This document shows positions 55,507-64,000 of a DNA stretch of 64,000 nt, piece after piece. The stretch is from Octopus vulgaris (Eukaryota). Below the pieces are notes generated by a model that searched no databases, was not told the DNA's origin, and saw only the letters and a program-made list of their open reading frames with translations. The stretch is taken from NCBI GenBank assembly GCA_951406725.2, contig OX597819.1, positions 50,592,001 to 50,656,000 of the forward strand, read 5' to 3'. The first letter of the stretch is position 1, and the number at the start of each line of letters is the position of its first letter. The translations under genes were made by a program, and so were the position numbers.

Positions 55507-56645
55507 CAGGGTGAGTTAGTTTTCTGAGGTCATTTGTACGAATTTAGAAAAAGACGCATAGCTCATCAAAGGAAAGTTGTACTTGAAAGCAAACTGGTAC
55601 AAATAATCTTGAAAATCCTTTTACCACTCCTATTCACCGTTAACATCAATGAGGTCGGAAGCTTTCACGTGCCCGATTCAGATGATCTCTATCAATTTTG
55701 GTCAAAGTGCTGGTTATGGCAAACTTGAGAGATTGCATGATTATATGGGAGTGTTGATTGACCACTTTCTTGACTACGCCTCATATACCATAGTCAAGTG
55801 AAGTGAGGTCTGGTATGCTGGTAGACCATGTCTTTAAGAGAACATGATCCATGGAGATTAACATACTTCCACGCTTGGGGTGTCCTAGCTTTATGAGACG
55901 GCACAGAGTTTTGTTGGAAGTTATTCAGTCTTCCGTTGCGTACTTTGTCTATTGAGGGCCTCATAAATTTATCCAATACCTCTCTGTATAAACAGTAACA
56001 TTGACTCCTTAGCCCTGTGAAAAAAACTGAGGAGGCATGACATCTCCCTCGTTACTGACGACTACCAGAACCATCACAGTTGCTGGAAACTTAGTATGCA
56101 CGATTATTGGAACCTCACTCGGGTTCCTGCATAGCCATCTATCCTTCCTTCAGTTTACATTTTGGTCGTGATAAAGGTTTTTCTTATCAGAAAAGAAACC
56201 AATGCCTTCTAGCCCTTTTAAGTTAAACTTTTTTTAGTAAGCACTTAGCACGGATCGAATGATTCTCTCTAGTCACATCTTTCATAGACTAACCTCGCCG
56301 CATCACATTTAACTTGCAGCGGTCCTCATGTACAACTCTTCTGGTGGTGCATTCTCAAACATTGTGTTCAATTGCAATAGCTGTGATTGATTTTCCGAGA
56401 ATTTTATCGATTATTTATTGAACTTACTTTGAACGAAGTTATGTTATTTCTCATAGTATTAGGACCCCGTAGATGTGTTCTATGTTTAACTATTAATGTT
56501 GGATCCCCGTCAGCAGCTTTCAGCTTTGACAACGAAGGATCGGGCATCTTGCAGAAAGCGAGCAATCTCTGGATCACAATGCTGCGCTTTTAAAGCAACG
56601 GTAACAGCGGGCTTTTTTATTTCCTCAGTCAAGCTCGATGTTTGA
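55507..56645 (-). mobile_element. Decayed maT-like (DD37D-type) transposon
   Basis: TA+CAGGGTG terminus. Minus-strand peptides FFSDKK, TKFPATVMVL..NEGDVMPP and FQQNSVPSHKAR. Second TIR not located. Confidence 0.75.
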
Positions 56646-56750
56646 TATTATTTATCTGAAAAATAAGGTAAAATAAAAATGAGTTAAAAGAAAGAGTGTT
56701 TGAAAGAGCTTTTTGAAGAGGCACAAAAATATATATGTATTTCTTCTAAC

Positions 56751-56791
<41 letters not shown>

Positions 56792-56837
56792 TACACACAC
56801 ACACACACATATATATATAAGTGTGTGTGTGTGTGTT

Positions 56838-57236
56838 TGGTAAGTAGCTTGCTTATCAACCACATGGTTCTGGGTTCAGTCCCACTGCGTGGCATCTTGG
56901 GCAAGTGTCTTCTACTATAGCCTCGTGTCAACCAAAGCCTTGTGAGTGAATTTGGTAGACGGAAACTGAAAAGAAGCCTGTTGTATATATGTATGTATAT
57001 ATATATATATATATATATAGTTAATCCAAACAAGAAAACACAGAAAAAAAGAGAAAAAAACACAGCAACGCAGGACGTGGAACAAATAAAGTATTATTGA
57101 CGCTCAGGAAAGAAGGGAAGGAGGGTTTAACGTTTCGAGCGGAGCTCTTCGTCGGAAACAAGGAGAAGGAAAGATCCCAAGGAGGGAAGACAGAGGAGAA
57201 AATATTTGAGCTGGTGGTGCTCAAGAGATCACATGT

Positions 57237-57298
<62 letters not shown>

Positions 57299-57520
57299 CG
57301 TGTGTATGTGTGTGTGTATGTTGTGCGTCTGTGTTTGTCTCCCTAGCATTGCTTGACAACTGATGCTGGTCCCCGTCACTTAGCGGTTCGGCAAAAGAGA
57401 CCGATAGAATAAGTGCTAGGCTTACAAAGAATAAGTCCTGGGGTCGATTTTCTCGACTAAAGGCGCTGCTCCAGCATGTCCGCAGTCAAATGACTGAAAC
57501 AAGTAAAAGAGTAAAGAGTA
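56838..57520 (+). mobile_element. SINE family B interrupted in its (TA)n tract by a ~220-bp hammerhead-bearing unit (57020-57238)
   Basis: Head at 56838-56985 and tail at ~57325-57520; unrelated insert bounded by (TA)n on both sides. Confidence 0.8.
57125..57159 (-). ncRNA. 35-nt minimal hammerhead-like motif, CCGACGA core, no loop 3
   Basis: Minus strand GTTT-CCGACGA-A-GAGC-TCC-GCTC-GAAACGT-T-AAAC. Perfect 4-bp stems I and II; palindromic ACGT in place of stem-loop III. Confidence 0.65.
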
Positions 57521-58074
57521 TACATTATATATATGTTATACGTATATACTTACATGCACATAAAGATTTGTAATACATATATAATTATCCGTACGTATAT
57601 TAAACTTTCTTCCTCCATATTGGTGTCTATAAATTTATCCGTTAATGAGTCTGTTTGCTAAGTCATACAGACACTCGTGTTGAAGATAGACAAACTGCGA
57701 AAGGAAATAGCCATATGGATTTATGTCTGTAAGCAGAAGGCATATGTGTTTGGTTGTGTGTGAATTTGTGTGTATGTGTGTGTGTGTGTTTCTCTGGGAA
57801 TGTATATGAGTATGAATACATGCATGTCATTATGGAAATGAAATGTTTATGAGAGGGTGAATTGGATGAAAGTACGAATAGACAAATATGTAAAGGTAAA
57901 TGATTCATAGACAGACAAATAAACGCAAAGACTGGCGTGTACAAAACTGAAGATATACAACTATATAAACCGAGAGAAAGTGAGGTAGAGGGAGAGAGAG
58001 GAACGTGGAGGGAGGAGAGATATGAAAATAATTATATAGTGATAGGCAGGTTCTTGAATAAAAGGAAAGCACAC

Positions 58075-58450
<376 letters not shown>

Positions 58451-58542
58451 TGAGTATATAAAGTGAGTATATAAATATAAACTTAAATATATATATGTAT
58501 ATATATATAATCAAAATAACCAACAAGAATAATTTTGGTAAT

Positions 58543-58630
58543 TTGGTACGATCGTTTCACGCTACATCATTTTATTAAATGTTGTAAGCATTACAACAGC
58601 TTTAAAATGTTGAGCAATCATCAGTCATTA
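58543..58630 (-). ncRNA. Hammerhead motif with long stem II at the end of a decayed AT-rich (possibly Penelope-derived) segment
   Basis: Minus strand CTGATGA-[TTGCTCAACATTTT...TGTTGTAA TGC TTACAACA...AAAATGATGTAGCGT]-GAAAC-GATC-GTA. Palindromic GATC loop 3. Confidence 0.7.
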
Positions 58631-59239
58631 ATAGAGGTTTTCCATTAATACATAACTTTCATATAAATTGATAACATTATAGAGAAGGTAGATATATAGA
58701 CAAAAATGTCGATTTAAACTGACTGAAGAATATTCAGAATATTCAGTTGTTTTGAACTGCTAGAAGGTTTGTGAAGAATGATCAATTGAAAGGAGACAAG
58801 AAAGATTTTCTATTTATAGAAATAGGGGTGAAATAGTTGTCAAAGTTCTATATAAAGAAATTATCAAGTGAATATATTAGCGGTCCAATATATATAATAG
58901 GAAAACTGGAAGAGGAGTAATCAAGAAGAATGGTTTTCATAGGTTTAGTAGAAGGTGATTTATTTTTATGAAGAGAAGCATACCTAGATTACTAAAAAAC
59001 TTCATTGCAAACTTGGAATTAACTTCTCCCTTTTTTCTTTTTTTGATATTCTCCTATACTAAATAGTATAAATTCTATGTCCCTAAAGAAACTACTCAGT
59101 TCACCTTGATTATCTCACTTCCATTTCTTAATATATCATAAACCTAGGATGTTTTTACCTAACTAATTAGCCTTTCTCCGTGGGTAGTAAATATTATGTC
59201 TAACAAATTCTATATTTTAATTCATTAATAACAATGATC

Positions 59240-59561
59240 GGATCTTTTCCTCTAGATAGACAGAATTCAACCCAATTTCTAGTTAACTAAACAATTTGAA
59301 ACTTCGTACACTGGTAGAATGTGTCAAAAGAAAACATTATTTTCACTTGGCTTTTATGATAAATTTGTAATTTGTAAGTTTAACGTAGTTTAATTCTTCG
59401 AATTTTAACCAATGAATCGCCAGTATTTGAGCTCAAATCATTTGCTGCGTCTAAAAACCCAGACAACATCCTGTTACTGTTTGCTTTCGCCGTTGCCTTG
59501 GAAATCGATTATATATACGCGATGTGTGTGTGCATGGTGAAACACTCCGAAGAGGATGGAT

Positions 59562-59618
<57 letters not shown>

Positions 59619-59860
59619 CAGACAGATAGCTGAGACTCAGAGTTACAGAGAAATATATATATACAAGCATTAAGCAAAGTGATAAAGAGAGAGAGAGAGA
59701 GTGAGAAAGTAAGAAAGAAAGAGAGAGAAAGTGAGTGATGACAAGTGTGTGAGCAAGAGAGAGAGAGAGGAAAACATTTAGTAAAAATTGGATTAAAAGA
59801 GAGAAAGAGGCCTTCGACCGAGAAAAACAATAGAGAGATGGAATAAGAAAGACATACAGG

Positions 59861-59919
<59 letters not shown>

Positions 59920-60002
59920 TAGAGAGACGGACTGAGTAAGAAAAGGGAACGAATGTGACGAAAAACGAAAACAAACATTACAGAAGGGAGAAGGATGAAT
60001 AA

Positions 60003-60054
<52 letters not shown>

Positions 60055-60322
60055 CGTGTGTGTGTGTGCGCTGTTTACGTTAACAGTAACAGGATGTAGT
60101 CTGAGATTTAAACGCAGCAAATGATTTGAGCTCAAATACTGGCGATTCATTGGTTAACATTCGAAGAATTAAACTACGTTAAACTTACAAATTACAAACT
60201 TATCAAAAAAGCCAAGTGAAAATAATGTTTTCTTTTGACACTTTCTACCAGTATACGAAGTTTCAAATTGTTTAGTTAACTAGAAATTGGGTTGAATTCT
60301 GTCTATCTAGAGGAAAAGATCC
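59240..60322. mobile_element. 1083-bp non-autonomous DNA transposon with ~240-bp TIRs and 8-bp TSD (MULE- or Merlin-like)
   Basis: 59240-59480 is a close reverse complement of 60083-60322. GG...CC termini; CAATGATC at 59232-59239 and 60323-60330. Confidence 0.9.
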
Positions 60323-60430
60323 CAATGATCCTCCCGGAACACAATATCTGTTAAAACACATACAGTTTCACAACAAGGGCACAACGAATATAGACATATA
60401 TTTGTTTTTATATGTATATAAATATATCTT

Positions 60431-60480
<50 letters not shown>

Positions 60481-60613
60481 CGTGCGTGCGTACATACATA
60501 TATGTATATACAAGCAAAGCTATATTCCCGTTTATACTTATTCATCCGCACGTTATATACTTTCACATATTTATGAACCTATATCCATCTACCTATCCAT
60601 TTAAATCCCTTTC

Positions 60614-60736
<123 letters not shown>

Positions 60737-60819
60737 ATATCTATCTATCAATCTATCTATCTATCTGACCTATCTGCCTATCTCTCCATGTGGCTGTCCA
60801 TGTCTCTGTCACTCTCTCA

Positions 60820-60851
<32 letters not shown>

Positions 60852-60904
60852 TCGCTAGCCACTACGCATTCTTTATTTTCTCTCCATGTTTCTTTCTGTT
60901 TTCC

Positions 60905-60938
60905 TTTCTGTGGAAGAGTGTAGCCTCGAAACGTTAAA
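60905..60938 (+). ncRNA. Minimal hammerhead-like motif, CUGUGGA core, no loop 3
   Basis: TTT-CTGTGGA-A-GAG-TGTAGC-CTC-GAAACGT-T-AAA, inside a ~180-bp unit between (TA) tracts. Confidence 0.55.
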
Positions 60939-62308
60939 TACTTTTTGAGTTCCCGAGCGTTATACTAATAAATCTGTATGTTGTCTACATCACCTGTCTT
61001 CGTCTTTTTTTTCTGTGAATTCTTTCCCTGTATATACATACAACGCGCATGCTCATGCATTGACTTGCACACACCCACACATACACACACATACATACAC
61101 ACACACACACACACACGAATAGAATTACTCAATAAAAACGTAGAGAGCACTAGTTTATTTATGCTGGAATTCTGGAGATTTATCCTCATCAACATCATCG
61201 TCATCATCATTATCATTATCATCATCATCATCACCACCGTTGTCGTCGTCGTCGACTTCCCTCTCCTCCTCCTCCTTCTCCACGTCATCATCATCATCAG
61301 CATCATCAGCATCATCATCATCATTATCATCTTCAAGATCATCACCATCTTCAAGATCATCATCAACTGCAGTAGCAATAACAGCAACACCTCGCACAAC
61401 CAGCACCAACAACAGCAGCAATTCGTCGCAGCCGGAGATCCTGCAGGAACAATAACAGAAGCAAAAGCGTGTACGTTAATCGGGTGGCGGTAGTGGTGGT
61501 GGTGGTGGTGGTGGTGGTGGTGGTGGTAGTGATGATGGTGGTGGTGATGCGCATGGAATCAACTCCTCCACAAAGTCAACGTAGCATAAGAATATAATGA
61601 ACGAACATGTTTGCATAGAATGTCTGTGATATAATGAATCGCTGGTGAAGACGGCGGTTGTAGCTATGGTTAACAGTGGATGTGGTGGTAGTGGTGGTGG
61701 TGGTGGTGATGGTTGTGCTGATGGTGGTTGTTGTGGTGGTGATGGTCGTGGTTGTGTTTGTGGTGATGGTGATGGTGGTTGTGGTGGTGGTTGTGGTGGT
61801 GGTTGTGATGATGGTAATGGTGGTGGTAGTGGTGGTCGTAGTGTTGATGGTGGTAGTGGTGGCGGTGGTGGTTATGGTTGTGGTGGTGGTTCTGGTGATG
61901 GTAGTGGCGGTGGTTGTGATTCCGGTGGTGATGGTGGTGGTGGTTGTGATGATGATGGTGGTAGTGTTGGTGGTGATGGTGATGGTTGTGATGATGGTGA
62001 TGGTGGTAAGGGTGGTGGTGGCGAAGATGATGGTGGTTGTAGTGAAGGTGGTGGTGGTGATAGTGGTGGTCGAGGTGACGATGATGGTTGTGGTGGCAGA
62101 GGTAGTAGTGGTGGCGAATGTAGTGGTAGTGGTGAAGTCGGTGGCAGATGTAATGATGGTGTTGGTGGTAGTTGTTGTGGTGATGGTGGTGGTAGTGGTA
62201 ATTGTGATGAAGATGGTAGTGGTTACTATGGTGTTGTGATATTATATATGTATGTATGTGTGCGTGTGTGTACGTGCATGCGAGCGTGTGTGTGTATATT
62301 ATATACAG

Positions 62309-62350
<42 letters not shown>

Positions 62351-62676
62351 CTACGTACATATATGTATCTTCAAGTCACTTAGAATAAAGAACTCGCGAT
62401 GTGGCGTCTGAACGAATCAGAATACATGGCTTGCTGGGCTTATATTTATAGGGATTAAGCGCGCCCTCACGACACGCACAACTTAACGCACATGCGCACA
62501 AACATACGCGCACATACGCAAAAAAACATACATGCACATTTAAATATGTCGATGGCTTGACTAATGGACTAGATATATAGACACACAGACATATAGATAG
62601 ATAGACGAATTTGGGTCAGTAGAGACATATGGCACTGTTCATGAGATGTTCAAGCTTTTTAACTCCTACCTGTATA

Positions 62677-62757
62677 CACCTGATGAAAACGGTTTATTTT
62701 TGCATAATGTGACGCTTCTATTCAGGAATAAATGACACGTCTGAAACACCTGTAGTG
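62677..62757 (+). ncRNA. Type I hammerhead ribozyme motif
   Basis: CAC-CTGATGA-[AAACGGTTTATT...AATAAATGACACGTCT]-GAAAC-ACCT-GTA-GTG. Stem I CAC/GTG, GUA triplet. Confidence 0.7.
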
Positions 62758-62794
62758 AACCACAATCCATCTGTTGTTCTTTGTTTATAAATAT

Positions 62795-63013
62795 ATTCTT
62801 TTACTGTTTTATTTGTATCAGTCATTTGACTACGGCCATGTTAGAGCCTTGCTTTTAGTCGAACAAATCGACCTTAGAACTTATTCTATCGGTCTCTTTT
62901 GCCGAACCGCTAAGTTACGGGACGTAAACACACCAACATCGGTTGTCAAGCGATGGTGGGGAAAACACAGACACACAAACACATACATATACATACATAC
63001 ACACACATATACA

Positions 63014-63049
<36 letters not shown>

Positions 63050-63755
63050 TATATATACTGATGTGCACATAGATTGACTGATATACTGATGTGCACATAG
63101 ATTGACTGATAGACAGGTAGATGAATAGACAGATACACAGACAAACAGACAAACAGATGAACATACAGAAATAGACAGATAACCAGACATGCCTCCGGCA
63201 CGTATTTCGATTGCAACTTCCTTATGCAATGAGTGCAAATATATGTAATCAGTCAAGCTAATCAATATCGCAAATTTTAATGATGATTCTAAGCAAAATT
63301 TTAAAAGCCATCTGGCTATTATACTTTCTTTTTCGTGCATGTATTGGTGTATGTCACTGTGTACATATAGACATTTACACGCACACCCGCACGCAAGCAC
63401 ACACGCGCACACGCACACACGCATACACACATGCATGCATTCATACACACATATAGGTGCAGGAGTGGCTGTGTGGTAAGAAGTTTGCTTCCCAATCACA
63501 TGGTTCCAGGTTCAGTCGCACTGTGTGGCACTTTGAGCAAATATCTTCTACTATAGCCCAGGGCCGACCAAAGCTTTGTGACTGGAAACGGATACTGAAA
63601 GAAGCATGTATGTGCGTGTATGTGTGTGTGTGCGAGTATGTGTGTGTATGTGTTTTGTATGTGTGTGTTTGTGTGTTTGTGTATGTGTGTGTGTGCATAT
63701 TTGTGCTTATGTTTGCCCCTTTAAGTGAGCGGTTTGGCAAAATAAATCGATAAAA
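62795..63755. mobile_element. SINE family B tail (-, 62795-62975) and older head-to-mid copy (+, 63456-63755)
   Basis: Similarity to other family B copies. Confidence 0.7.
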
Positions 63756-63935
63756 TAGTTATGAAACATGCAAAAGGTAATATATATATATGTATGTGTG
63801 TATGTGTGTGTATATGTGTGTATGTATTCGTGTATGTATGTTCTTATGTGTGTGCATGCATGCGTGTATGTATGAATATGTGTGTGTGTGTATATGTACG
63901 TAAGTATGCATGCATGGATGTATGTATGTACGTAT

Positions 63936-63990
<55 letters not shown>

Positions 63991-64000
63991 TATATATCTC

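Noticed and set aside
61645-62230. Gly/Asp/Cys-rich 247-aa ORF resembling a structural protein
   Set aside because: Degenerate (GGT)n with no splice or start context; it runs into (TG)n/(TA)n.
63200-63260. Possible ninth hammerhead (minus strand GATTACA...TGCAATC-GAAAT-ACGT-GCC)
   Set aside because: The CUGANGA box is not recognisable; too decayed to call.

Overview
Eukaryotic, AT-rich, extremely microsatellite-dense DNA with no recognisable host protein-coding gene. The repeat content points to a coleoid cephalopod, most likely Octopus (inferred from tRNA-headed SINEs with CORE-, Nin/Deu- and V/Meta-like domains plus (TA)n/(ATCT)n/(TAA)n saturation). Nearly all ORF-track entries are microsatellite translations. 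Supported content: dozens of SINE copies, several with clear target-site duplications (TSDs); a young 5'-truncated Tx1-like LINE inside an (ATCT)n array; several R4/Dong-like fragments and a 554-bp non-coding element clustered in (TAA)n arrays; two decayed DD37D (maT) transposons; mariner, Tigger, Helitron and long-TIR non-autonomous elements; and one full-length 5S rRNA-like copy with apparently compensatory substitutions. The main signal not explained by the ORF track is at least eight hammerhead-ribozyme-like motifs in short Penelope-type units, mostly next to (TA)n tracts. Three are ultra-compact with non-canonical cores (CUGUNGA, CCGACGA). A second, more speculative signal is a cluster of three related 12-14 nt micro-exon-like units at 34.0-35.1 kb. 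All alignments were done by eye; boundaries of decayed elements are approximate.
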